Assembly: GCA_028534125.1 (NCBI GenBank)
Contig: CM052817.1
Span: forward strand, 33,916,001 to 33,980,000
Source: Lama glama
Taxonomy: Eukaryota
Reading direction: 5' to 3'
DNA: 64,000 nt
A model generated the notes under the pieces. The model searched no databases. It worked only from the letters and a program-made list of their open reading frames with translations, and was not told the origin of the DNA. This document shows, piece by piece, positions 12,151 to 24,299 of the stretch. Position 1 is the first letter of the stretch. Every line of letters begins with the position of its first letter. A program made the translations under genes and the position numbers.

Positions 12151-13354
12151 CTGCAACACCCCAGGCGGTGAAAATCTCCAGATGAATGAGGGCCAACCGG
12201 AGCGTGGGGCTGAGGGCAGAGCCACGTGACCAGCCCCACTCTGCGCCTGGCTCCCCTGCTGCCAAGATGGAAGGGGTGACGCTCACTTGGCTTCCTGCCT
12301 GGGGCAGATGGGCTCCCCCACCACCATCTGGGAGCGCCCTCTCTCCTAGTCCGTGCGCCTTCGCGCTCATCTGGATATTCATGTATTCATTCAACAAATA
12401 TATCGAACCATTTGCCAGGCCCTGTTCTAGGTGTTGGGGATCAAATTGTGAGCCAAACCTTCAAAAATGGTTTTACTTGGGTCCAAGAATCCATGTTCTT
12501 ACCTTCTTCCTTCTCCCTCATTCCTTAGGAATGAGATGCTTTATAAATCACTGACATGGTCCATCTGCAGGACTCTGCTGTCCCATATGGTGCCTTTGTG
12601 CAAATTAAAGGGAAGTGGCCCCTCTGGGTTCCTAGAGTGTCACAGGGCCCTAGTAAGGAGTGTGGAGGTTGGGATGGATTTCAGTCCCCATCCGACCTCT
12701 AGTCCAGACATCTTTGGGCAGGGCCCAGTTTGTGGCATGGCAGGTAGCAGCCCCCTCTCCGAGCCCCTCCAGGAGATGTACTCTTGATGCCGCAGCCCAA
12801 TGCCTTTAATTCCTACCTGACCCCATCTCCCAGCCACTTAGCCATGTCCCTACCCACTCCAACCTATAGAAATGGAGTCCTGCAGGCCTTCAGCTCTTTA
12901 CCCATCACCCACTGCAAGACCAGTCAGAGGTACTTTGTCCACCTCCCTGGACCCTTTACTCTTCCTCCTCCTCGTATCTGTCAGCTGCTGGGATTTCCCC
13001 TTCCCAGTGTGCCCTGCCCCACCCTGAGCCCAGTATCCAGCCCTCCTGGATGTGGTTATGACACATCCAAGAGCCATTCTGACAATGCAGCCATTGTGAG
13101 GGTGTGCCAACCCCTCACCTTTGTAAACAAAAGACATTACTATTCGATAGCAGGATAGCATAAACGCATAACTAATCAGAATGTCGTCATTCCCAACTCC
13201 ATTCTGACATTGGATGGAGATGCCATCTAATTACTAGGAAGTTGTTTAGGGGTAACACTCAAAATATAGAAAAGATACATGCTTTCTCAAATGTGAAACT
13301 TCATTGTTTTAAAAACCTATTTTTATTTCTATAATTGGGTAATTTCCCTGCTCA

Positions 13355-13645
13355 ACTCCTGCTTAGCCTCAGGTCACTTCTTCCAGGAAGCTTTCTCAGA
13401 TTTCCTCCCCTCCACTATCCTCACCTCTGGTTGGGTGCCCTCCCCTCTACACCTCCCAGAGCACCAGACCTTGCCCATCATAACACTCATCGCATTGAAC
13501 TCTGATTGCCCATTTGCTGCTGTCCCATCCCACCGTGGACTGTAGGTTCTGTGAGAACAAGGACTGTGCCTTGTTTACATTTATATCTTGAGCACCTAGC
13601 ACAGGAGCTAACGGGCACTCAGTAAATGTTTGGGAAATAAATAAA
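13355..13645 (+). mobile_element. L2 LINE 3' end
   Basis: 'gtcacttcttccaggaagcttt...cacctagcacagg...gcactcagtaaatgtttg'. Confidence 0.8.
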
Positions 13646-13819
13646 AGGTATTTATTTGTGTGGGGAAAAATTGGCATCCATACCAAGCTGGAGTTTACCC
13701 CGATAACGGAAGCCTTGCCTTCTGCTGGAAAGAGTGAGGGAAATGATAAGCTATGGTTTGTCCCCAGAGAAAGACCCATAAGTCACACATTGGTAATCTA
13801 TGGAGCAATTCTGTTTGCT

Positions 13820-13960
13820 TGTTTATGTATTCATTCATTTATTCTTTCATTCACTCATTCATTCATTGTAGGCATTTATTGAGCACTTTTGTGTGTCCAG
13901 GCGCTGGGGGTTCCACAGAGAAAAAGACAGGCAAAGCTCCTGCTTTCATGGTTCATGGAA
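13820..13960 (-). mobile_element. L2 LINE 3' end with (TTCA)n tail
   Basis: 'attcattcatt...catttattgagcacttt...ccaggcgctggg'. Confidence 0.75.
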
Positions 13961-15109
13961 ACTCATGGAGAGGGAGGGTCGGGACAGGGAGGGGACAGGG
14001 AGGGAAGACAGACCACAAGGCTTTCCCTAGTTGGTGATGTAGATTACCATGAGCCATCATTGCCCGGGACGCCTTTCATTCACCCCAGCCACTTCAGCAC
14101 AGTTAACTTGTCAAGCCGTTGAGTAGGGCAACTTGGAAGCAAATCCTTAACCCATGACTGATTGGTTAATTTGGACAAATTACTCAACCTTTCCAAGCCT
14201 CGGTTTCCCCCTGGTGTGATCACGGTAACAGTGCCTCCTTCCCACTACCCACACGGCAGGCGAGAGCAGGGCCAGGAAATGCCAGCGGTGACTCTTCCAC
14301 ACCAGTGAAGTGGTGTGGGAGAGGGGTCAGCGTTCCCCGGACTCCAGCTCCTACGCACTGTACTAATATGGAAGCATTATTTTAGTTCCTCACTTTCGCC
14401 GGCACGTGCTAAGCTTTGCTAGGAGGTAACTGGCTTAATTTAGCCCTCTGGGGGTTGTGCAATGTTCGCACATGATCTTCGAGTCCAGGCTCAGTTCCAG
14501 AGGCCCCTGCAGCAGAGGAAGATGCTGCCCACAGGCTTCAAGCAGGGAACACAGAACAGGCGGCGGTGTGCATACAGCACGAAAGACTCAGCGTGGGTTC
14601 CGGCAGTTGAAGTACAGCCCAAACGATGATCGTGGAAGTCCTGGAGCTAATTTCCCCTTATTATTGAACTTGAAATAGCGAGGTTAAGCAAAGCAGATTT
14701 TAATCAATTGCATTATAAACAAAAGGCACAGATGGCAGGGAAAGATTGACTGATAACAGCAAAGTCCCCTGGACACTCTTGAACACCCTGGGGGAGGGGG
14801 CACTAAAGACTGTGGCCCCTGCTTTGTTTTACTCCTGCTCTTATGAATTCCAGGAACTCCTGTTCTTGAAGTAAATAGCTACCATCAACAGGATATTAGT
14901 GGGTGAATGGCCTTTGAAGTCACAGAGGAAAAAAATTCTCAATTAGGGTCTGAAGAGGTCAAGGGGGCAACTGGCTGTCCAAAGGGTGTGCAGTAGCTCC
15001 TCATCCTGCCAGGAAGAGACATCTGTGTTTAAGAGAATAAGGGGAATATAGGCATCCTTGCTGCTGAGTCTAGAAAAGTGGGATAATAAAGGAGGCAATA
15101 AGAAAGAAT

Positions 15110-15205
15110 GTCATATGTGAGGCCTCAGTTTCGATCTCCAGCATCTCAAAAGAAAGAGACAAACAAACAAACAAAGACAGAAAGACACAAAGAAAATAAA
15201 GAAAG
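15110..15205 (+). mobile_element. 5'-truncated tRNA-derived SINE with A-rich tail
   Basis: B-box-like 'gaggcctcagtttcgatctccagcatctc' followed by an (AAAC/AAAG)-rich tail. Confidence 0.5.
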
Positions 15206-15785
15206 GAAGTTGAGGGCAGTTGAACATATCGTTCAGCAGGAGACTGTAGATTTACCTTACTTCTCTTAATCCTTCCTCCATACAAAGCACACACGCACAC
15301 GTACACACACACAGATGTGTCTTAGACTCAGACCTCCATATTCGTCCATATTCCCGCACACTCCATATTGAATCATGATTCAGCATCACCCTAACACCAT
15401 GGTTACTGTCCTTTGATCCCAAGGTGGTCACCTGATTCAAACAAGGCCAATCAGATTCCTGAATCCTGACCCTAATCTTTAACCAGAATAGAATGGCTTC
15501 AGGTGAGCCAATGAAAGTTCTTTCTCAGGAGTTTTGAGGCAGAACTAAGAAAATGAGGCATTCGTGTGTTGGAAGTCTTGAGGACTTGAGGGCGTACGTC
15601 AGATATTTTAAAGTTGGGAAGGCAGAAATGAATCCAAGATGAAAAGAACTAACTGGATGCTAAGACTTGGATAAACTGGATCCTCTGGGCTATCCAAAAG
15701 TGGATTGGTCAATAAAAATCAATTATCCTAAAGGGCTTGTTTCCTGTAATTCCTGTGTATTAAAGAAAGGATGCTACACAGTAGT

Positions 15786-16285
15786 CACTGGTTCTCAAAG
15801 TGTGGCCCTGGGGCCCTGGAGAGGGTACCAAGACCTTTCAGGCCATCTACAGAGTCAAAGCTACTTTCATGATAATACTAGAGTATTGCTGGCCTTTTCT
15901 CATTCCCAGTTTCTTGTGAGCATACAACAGGGTTTTCTAGAAGGTACATGACACGTGAAATCACAAAAGACTGTATGAAGAAGCAAATATTAGAATCCAG
16001 CTGTTTCTATCAAGCCAGATATGAGAGTTTTGCAAAAACTGTAGAGCAATGTGACTTTCCTCATTACATTTTTTGTCTTTGAAAGTATTATTTTCATAAA
16101 AATTGTATTGACTTTAGCATACAATATGTTTATTTTTGTTATTCTTCAATTCATTAATATGTATTTTTAAGTTTTTCATTTTAAATTTCTAAAATAGCGA
16201 ATACTCACAGACATATCGCCACAAATCAACACATATCAGCCAAAGCTCTATGTGTCCTTAACTCTTTTTTAAGAGTGTGGAGTTG
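15786..16285. mobile_element. hAT-Charlie non-autonomous DNA transposon (MER119/Charlie4-like)
   Basis: TIR-like 'cactggttctcaaagtgtgg' and internal 'gtcaaagctactttcatgataatact', 'agaatccagctg'. Confidence 0.65.
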
Positions 16286-18249
16286 TGTAATGCTTATTAT
16301 GTGTAATAAGCCCAAACATTTGTCTTTAATTGTCATCAGTTAGGCAGGGCAAAGAAGGACACCTAAAAAGGGAAATAGAAAAAGACCACAGAGAAAGGCT
16401 TTTCTATCAGAGGCTATGATGCAAGCCCAGATCACACCCCTCACTTGGGTAAATGAATGCCCTGGACCACAAGAGATGGGCTCAGGGAACACCGGATCTC
16501 TGATGGCTCCTGGGGAGTTGGAGATGATGCTGTATCAGGGATCCAGCTAACAGCCTACTTGTGGCTGGCGAGGTCCTTTCCTGTCTAGGAAAGATGCATT
16601 GCTGGGTGCAGAAGATGAGACATTGTCCCTCTCCCACAGGCCTGGGACATGCCTTTCCCGGCAGACACAGGCAAATGCCGGGCCCTATATACCAGACAGC
16701 TAACTTAACAGTCTTGGCCGTTACGGATAATCGGACCCAATTCACTTGGTGTTTAAAAAGTAAGTCATAATAGTCATAATAATAGCAATAGTTCTGGTGT
16801 AGCTTGCAGATATGGCCCTGCTGCCTCCTTAGGTCAAGTAGAAACCAGGTGCCTCATGGCACAGGGGCAGGCTGAGCTCTCAGCTGATACCTTGGGCCCT
16901 GGTCTGATGCCAGCTGGGTGGCTCTGCCCTTTGCACACAGGGATGGAATCCCGGTCCAGCCGGGGGCCTCCGCTATCAGCTTGGCGGTTAGAGCCTCCAA
17001 ACCTCTTTGGTCCTCTGCCCACAGATCCATCCCCTGGCTCTTCCAAGGTGAGCCTCTGTCAGAGAAATAAAACAAGCGTCTAATCGACGTCTCAGGAAAC
17101 CCCTCAAAAGGCATAAAAGGGATCAATCACCTAGATTTTATTAGGCTTTTTTATTTCTAATAATAGTAAAAAGCTATTCACTTTGATGGTTCAGAAAAAC
17201 AAAATGAAGGTGTTTTTCAGGCATTCTGCCCATCTGCTCGTGGATTAGCCAATCCAGGAAATGATTGAGGAACTGGGGAAGTGGACTCGGGGACAGTCAT
17301 TGTGTTAATGAAGTAATTAATTGCTGTCTTGATATTCCAACTTCTTAAAGGAATTTAATTAGCTTATAAAAATACACAGGAAAATACTTTAAATGGAGAA
17401 AGTAAACATATTAATTGTCAAATACCCCAAACTTCCAGATTTAATGAAACTAAAGGAAAAAGAAGACTGGGGTTTTCCAATGGAGGAAGGCATTAAGCTC
17501 CCAAGACAATCACCAACATTTCTGTGGAATCATGAACTTGGATCCAGAAACTTTTGTTAAAACGGAAAACAGTTAACCTACAATAGGTGAACATGTTTAC
17601 ACACATGACTGTCAAAATCTGTTGGTGTCCAATGGTATCATCTTATAAAGATATCTTCATATATTTTAAACCTTAATATTAAAAATTTAAAAAAATAACA
17701 ACTTATCTCAAATAAATAGATAGATGAGGCAATCAGGCCAAGGGGACAATAACATTAGAAAATAAGAGAAATCTGGGAGTCAAGTGTGCAGATGAACCCT
17801 TTGTAGATGGAAGGCTCCAGTTTCACCGTGAGTTTTCCAGCATTCAACCCAAGGAAAAGCATATGATAAGCTGAATATTTCTTGAAGTTCATTAGATTAA
17901 AACCAGATCATTCTCAAGGGAGGCAGGGAGGCAGATAGGTTCAGCTGTTTAATGTGAAGACTTTTATGCCTGAACTGATTGAATGGCCTTTGTTCCTAAT
18001 TGTATAGAGGTGATGAAACAATTCAGTAAACTTAGTCAAGTATGAAAATAATTATCCAGCCAACTGGTTGTCAGTGGATTTGGGTATATGGTTTTCTCCC
18101 TGCTTTTTCCCTGGCAATATTAGTAACATTAATCCCCTGCCTCTAAATGGAATCTGGTGACAAGGAAAAGCCTCTGGGAAAAGGAAAATAAACTATTCAG
18201 ATAAAAAATGTTATTAGAACTAACATTGAAAGCTTAAAAACCAAGAAGC

Positions 18250-18450
18250 TTTGAGTTCAGTTTCTGGCTCTGAATTGTTTGCTGTGCTATCCTGGGCATG
18301 TTACTTAACCTCTCTGAGGCTTTGCTGCATCCTCTGTAAAATGGTAACTATAATAGTACCTACCTCATAGAGCTGCTATGAGGATTAATAATGTGTATAA
18401 AACATTTAACAGTATGTCTGTAATAAGCACTCAGTAAATATCAGGCTATG
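18250..18450 (+). mobile_element. MIR SINE
   Basis: 'gttacttaacctctctgagg...ctgtaaaatggtaactataatagtacctacctcatag'. Confidence 0.85.
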
Positions 18451-19772
18451 ATCCGCTACACAAACTCATTAAATCCTCACCATAACCCTGTTAATTAAGA
18501 GCGCATTTATTATTACTTTATTCTGTGGACTGCAGAAACATTTGGTGAAGAGAAGGGTTACCTAAGTGATCTAAATAAATGAGCTTCTCTGAAGGCCCTG
18601 TGATTCTAACACTACAGATTTCTTCCTTTGCATCAGTTTTTTTTAAATGTGAATGATAACCCACAATTAGTAGCACATTGATAGTTTTTATTTTGCTGGA
18701 GAGGGGGTATGTGGGATGCTCACCATAGTGCATAATACATAACTAGAATGTAGTCATCTTGTTTTGCTTTCATTTTATTTTTTTATAGTTAATTCCTATT
18801 AATGACAAGGTTATCAGTTGTTCATTTACAGAGGTGTTTTGCAATTTCTTTTTTCAGTAAATGTACTTGAGTTTTAGAGTTTGTTGACTTAAAGAACATT
18901 AAGATTAAAAAATACATTTGGTGAATGGATATGGCAAAAATCAATGGCCATGTCTGGGTAGCCCCATTTTAGAAACTGCTACTTTGTAAGGTAAAGTATG
19001 TCTTGTAAGGCCATCTCTTAATCGTTACTGCTTAAAATTCCAGTGTCTTCTCAACATTCCCTATACTCTAGTCACATAGAAGTACTTGCTATTTCCCCCT
19101 TTGAGGCTCTTTTTTTTGGTCTCTATAAGCTAGTTCTACTTACTGGAATGTTCTTCTCTTCCTTACCAGCTTAACAAGTGAATTCCTTCAAGACCACCCT
19201 ATAAAACCTTTCCAGACACCACTGGTGACAGCCACATTCAGTCATTCTCACCAAACTAAGCAGGGAGAATTCCCCATTCATTTGTGCTTCTCAGTCTGAG
19301 GACAACCTCACCAGAGTATGGTGTCTTCTATGGTATGTGTGTGTTTATGAACAATGTTTAGTCACATTGTTAAGTACAGGGTTTTATAAGTACTTATATC
19401 ATCAAGTTTGTAGCTGTGTTATTCAAGTCTTCTGTATCTTTTATAATTTGTGTACTTTGAATCTACTAGTATATAAAAATCTACAACTATTATGAAGAGT
19501 TTGTAAATTTCTCCTTATGATTTGACATGTTTGATTTCTGTGTTTTCATAGCATACTATCTGGTGCCTACAAGTTCACAATTATGGCATCTTTTTGGTTG
19601 GTCGTGACCATCTCCTGTGAGCCTCTGTTTCTAGCGGGTAGCTAGATGCTGAATCAAGGGCAGAATTTGATCAAAATTAGCCCTCCACTAGGGGTGCAGA
19701 GAGCCTTGTGCTCAAGAAGAAAGAGGGTGCATCTGCTGGTGACAGGGCTCAGTCCCGTTTAGAAGTTGTAGC

Positions 19773-19858
19773 CTAGAATCTGGTAGGCTAGAATCTGGTA
19801 GGCTAGAATCTGGTAGGCTAGAATCTGGTAGGCTAGAATCTGGTAGGCTAGAATCTGG
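19773..19858. repeat. perfect 15-bp minisatellite (CTAGAATCTGGTAGG) x5 plus 11 bp
   Basis: Units start at 19773, 19788, 19803, 19818, 19833 and 19848 (partial), with no mismatches. Confidence 0.97.
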
Positions 19859-20310
19859 CCCTGGTAGCCAGGGCCACCCAGCTTTCCGAGGGCCTATGGA
19901 GATTGCAGAACCAACTAAAAAAGTAATGGCTTCCTAATATGTAAAGAAAAGCAGTAAAACCAGAATTTATAAGCATTTATTATCTTCAATGATAGTCAAA
20001 TTTAAAATTTATAAAATATCATTATAAATTGAAAACAATCTATAGAGTAGATTTTCTTACTTTACCAGAATTCCCAGGGATAAACAATGATTTGCCAAAA
20101 TACCACGGCAAATTGTAAATTAAATGTTTTAAAAATAATAAGTAATTTAATAAGGAAAGTTATATTTTAAAATTTTAATATCTTGGGTACAAAGGGAGGT
20201 GGAAAAGTACATGGGATTATGAGAGTCTTAAAATGGCTTGAGTTAAGAGGATCTCAGAGGCGTCTTCAAGGAAATGCATTTAAGTGGAGCCCTAAAGAAT
20301 GGGAGTTTTT

Positions 20311-20424
20311 TTTATATATAAACATTTTTTTATTGAGTTACAGTCAGTTTACAATGTTGTGTCAAATTTCAGGGTAGAGCACAATTTTTCAGTTATACAT
20401 GAACATACATACATTCATTGTCAC
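20311..20424 (-). mobile_element. 114-bp L1 extreme 3' end with perfect 16-bp TSD
   Basis: AAGAATGGGAGTTTTT at 20295-20310 and 20425-20440; the next bases AA give a TT/AAAAA L1 endonuclease site on the minus strand. Confidence 0.92.
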
Positions 20425-20849
20425 AAGAATGGGAGTTTTTAACAAGAGCAGTTGAATAGGCAGAGGGCATTTTGCAAAGAGATAACAGCAACAATGCTGA
20501 GGCCAAAATGTGCACTAAGATTTGAAGGACAGGGAGGAATTCGGTCGGGGAGAGGGAATTGGGGCTGAAACTCTCAAACCCTGAAAGGCCTCGAATGCCT
20601 TGACTGGAGGTTGGAAATTCACCATTTGAAATGTGAGCAACAAAGGACAGCTCCAGAACTGGAGATGCCGCTCAGGATCATTACTCACTAGAGACATGCT
20701 CTACGGTTTCTCTTCCCAAACTGAATTTGTTTTCATTTTGGTCTGGGCCATCTGGCTGCTGACAAGGCATAAGCAGTGAAGAAGAAAGAGGCCAAGAGGC
20801 CAGAATGTGCAACTGCTCCCCACTCCCCTCCCCACCCGGGCTGCCCCCC

Positions 20850-21349
20850 NNNNNNNNNNNNNNNNNNNNNNNNNNNNNNNNNNNNNNNNNNNNNNNNNNN
20901 NNNNNNNNNNNNNNNNNNNNNNNNNNNNNNNNNNNNNNNNNNNNNNNNNNNNNNNNNNNNNNNNNNNNNNNNNNNNNNNNNNNNNNNNNNNNNNNNNNNN
21001 NNNNNNNNNNNNNNNNNNNNNNNNNNNNNNNNNNNNNNNNNNNNNNNNNNNNNNNNNNNNNNNNNNNNNNNNNNNNNNNNNNNNNNNNNNNNNNNNNNNN
21101 NNNNNNNNNNNNNNNNNNNNNNNNNNNNNNNNNNNNNNNNNNNNNNNNNNNNNNNNNNNNNNNNNNNNNNNNNNNNNNNNNNNNNNNNNNNNNNNNNNNN
21201 NNNNNNNNNNNNNNNNNNNNNNNNNNNNNNNNNNNNNNNNNNNNNNNNNNNNNNNNNNNNNNNNNNNNNNNNNNNNNNNNNNNNNNNNNNNNNNNNNNNN
21301 NNNNNNNNNNNNNNNNNNNNNNNNNNNNNNNNNNNNNNNNNNNNNNNNN
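20850..21349. other. assembly gap of exactly 500 N
   Basis: N run read directly. Confidence 0.99.
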
Positions 21350-21749
21350 TTTTAAACCTGTTAACAATAATTCCATCCAAAAAATTCATGTACACATCAT
21401 GAACAAGTAAAAGAAATAGGTACATTGATAAACAAGGCAAATTTATTTGAAAATCTGGCTCATCATGTGGAGATTTGCTCTTCAGTGAACTGACCTGGAA
21501 TACAAGGGACTAATGAATCATTTCCTCGTCCCTCTTCAAGCCTGCTTTTGACATTCATCAGAACTATGGGTGCCAGGATTGAAATGCTGGGAGGCGGGAT
21601 CGGGGGAGGGGCTGTGAGATTGGCCCCAGATCAGTACATCTTCAAGGACAGCCCCAACCACCAAGTGCCAGAATTTCAATACATCCCCATTTCCCCGAAC
21701 CTGATTGCAGGAAGCCGAGTGGAAAAAATTAACCTTGGGCAGAATCCAG

Positions 21750-22155
21750 TCCGCCTGCAGCTGCAGCCCAAGTGGCCTTTTTAAAAGCACACATTTGATC
21801 ATGCCACTCCCCAGCATGAACCATTTCAAGGACTCAGGATCAAGTTCAATGGCATCTCAGGACTTAAAAGTTCCCTCAAGTGGGCCTGACTCTCCAGCCT
21901 CAGCTGAAGCCCCTTCCTCCGCCCCCTTCTCCTCTTCCTTCTGCTCTGGCTGTACTTGGCTCTTAGCATTTCCTGGGCACTCCACGGCTACTGGGCTTTT
22001 CTTTAGCTGTGCTGTTCCCTCCGCTGGGTACATTCTCTTCCTACTCCTCCCACTGGAGACCCCTTCTGCCTGCTTGCCTAACCTTCCATCCCCAAATGAC
22101 TGCTAGCTATCTTTTATGGCTCCCATTAGACATGACGTCCTTCAGGAAGACTGAA
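21750..22155 (+). mobile_element. L2 LINE fragment
   Basis: 'tgatcatgccactcccc', 'gctgttccctccgctggg', 'gtccttcaggaagact'. Confidence 0.65.
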
Positions 22156-22183
22156 GTTAAGAAAACTGCAACCAGTACTACAG

Positions 22184-22619
22184 TATTGGGATATAATTAC
22201 ATTTAAGTGCATCTTGCAGGGAGAGGCACTTGTCGCCCTTTATTCTAGGCTGCTTGTAGGAATGTTTGTACAGCACACAGCCTTGGAGGACAGAGACAGT
22301 GACTCCCTCCAAAGCGAAGAGCAGGTACACGTATTGCCCATTATAAAACCTTTGCATCCCCTAAGCTCTGGGCTCCTCTCTCATGAGGCAACCCACAACG
22401 TGTGCTTGCAATGAGGTGGGCCTAGCCACATTGCCCCTGTGGGATCTGGAGGCAAGAACTGACACAAACATGTTGCTCATACTGCTTGCTGTGCAATGAG
22501 TAACCCTTTGTCTCTGACCCAGCGGTCTTCTGACTTCTGCTAGCATCCGTAAAACTGCGACAGGCTAACTTGCTGACTTGCAAGGAGAGTAAAAACAAAT
22601 CCCTGCTTAGTTCTTGACA
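22184..22619 (+). mobile_element. LTR40-family ERVL solo LTR
   Basis: 'cagccttggaggacagagacagtg', 'cccattataaaa', 'ctttgtctctgaccca', end 'caggctaacttgctgacttgcaag...agttcttgaca'. Confidence 0.8.
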
Positions 22620-22892
22620 GTAATATATGAGTATTAATATCCTGACTTATGTGGCTGTACTGTCATTTAATAAGATTATGTCATTTTTTATAAGAAATAC
22701 ACACTACAGTATTTAAGGGTGCTGGGGCACCATGTGGGAAAGTTACTAATAAGGAACAAAAAAAAGGTTTTTGTACTGTATTTGTGACTTCTGTATGTTT
22801 GAGATTGTTTCAACTTTTTTTAAAATATTGATCAGTGGGTTCAGGTGATATTAGCCTGACCCATTCAATAAAAAGCTCCCCATCAACTTTTT

Positions 22893-23983
22893 TTTTTAAC
22901 TTGACTTTATTTTTTAGAGAAGTTTTAAGTTCACAGCAAAATTGAGCAGAAGGTACAGATTTCCCATACAGTGTCTGCCCCCACATGAACACAGCCTCTC
23001 CCTCTATCAACATACTGCACCAGAGTGGTACTGTCAACTGGCCTCCATTGACACGCTGTTTCATCCAAAGCCCATGGTTTACATTAGAGTTCACTCTTGA
23101 TGTTCTGTGGATTTGGACGAATGTATAATGACATGTATCCACCATTATAGCGTCATACAGAATAGTTTCACTGCCCTAAAAATCCTCCGTGTTCTGCTTG
23201 TTCATCCCTCCCTTCCCCATAACCTTTGGCAACCACTGATCCTTTTATTCTCTGCATAGTTTTGTGTTTTCCAGAATGTCCTGTTGGAATCATGCAGTAT
23301 GTAGCCTTTCCAGATTGGCCTCTTTCACTTAGTAGTATGCATTTAAGCTTCTTCCATGTCTTTTCATAGCTTGACAGCTCATTTCTTTTTACTTCTAAAT
23401 AATATCCCATTGTCTGGATGTACCACAGTTTATCTATTCACCTACTAAAGGATATTTTCATTGCCTCAAGTTTTGGCAGTTGTAAGTAAAGCTGCAAGAA
23501 ATATCCATGTGCAGGCTTTTGTGTAGTCATAAATTTTCAATTCATTTGAATAAATACAAAGGAGTGCAATTGTTGGATTATATGGTAAGAGTATATTTAG
23601 TTATGGCCACTGTCTTTGAAAGTGACTGTACCATTTTTCATTCCTAGTGGCAATGAATGAGGATTCCTGTTGCTCCACATTCTTACCAGCAGTTGATTTG
23701 GATTTTGGTCATTCTAACAGTACATACTGGTATCTCATTGTTTTAATTTGCAGTTCCCTGATGATATACAATGTTGAGCATCTTTTGTATGCTTGCTTTA
23801 CATTTGTACATCTTCTTTGATGAGGTATCTGTTCAGGTCTTTTGCCGGTTTTTCAGTTGAGTTGTTCATTTCCTTATTGTTGAGTTTTAAAAGCTCTTTG
23901 TATTTTGGGTAATGGTCCTTTATTAGGCATATCATTTACAAATATTTTCTCCTGGTCTGTGGCATATATTCTTATTTTCTTGA
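22893..23983 (-). mobile_element. L1MC1-like 3' fragment with TSD
   Basis: 'gttttaagttcacagcaaaattgagcagaaggtacaga' 3' end; TSD ccatcaacttttt (22880-22892) / ccattaacttttt (23984-23996). Confidence 0.85.
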
Positions 23984-24299
23984 CCATTAACTTTTTACTT
24001 AATGGTTTTGTCATCCATGGAAGATTCCTTTTAACTAGACTCATTTTTTCCTGAATTGATGATTTTCTAATTCAGTTACTCCTTTTGAATTTATTAACTG
24101 TAATTTTTACATGAGGAAGAACTTTTACTCATAAGGTATTTGGTTGCTCTGAAATGAAATTTATACAGGAAAAGCAGAAAAATGCTTGACTTTGTCCCTT
24201 TATTTTCAAAGTTCTGATTTGTTTGTTGCCTTGGGGAATGACCAAAGAAATTTGGTTTTGATTGTTTGCTGGCTTCAGATGAGCTCATAATTTTTATGC

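Noticed and set aside
19773..19858. Possible CRISPR-like array
   Set aside because: The units are head-to-tail with no spacers, in eukaryotic DNA with no cas genes.
20681..21440. Longest ORFs in the track (182-235 aa)
   Set aside because: They read through the 500-N gap and are artefacts.
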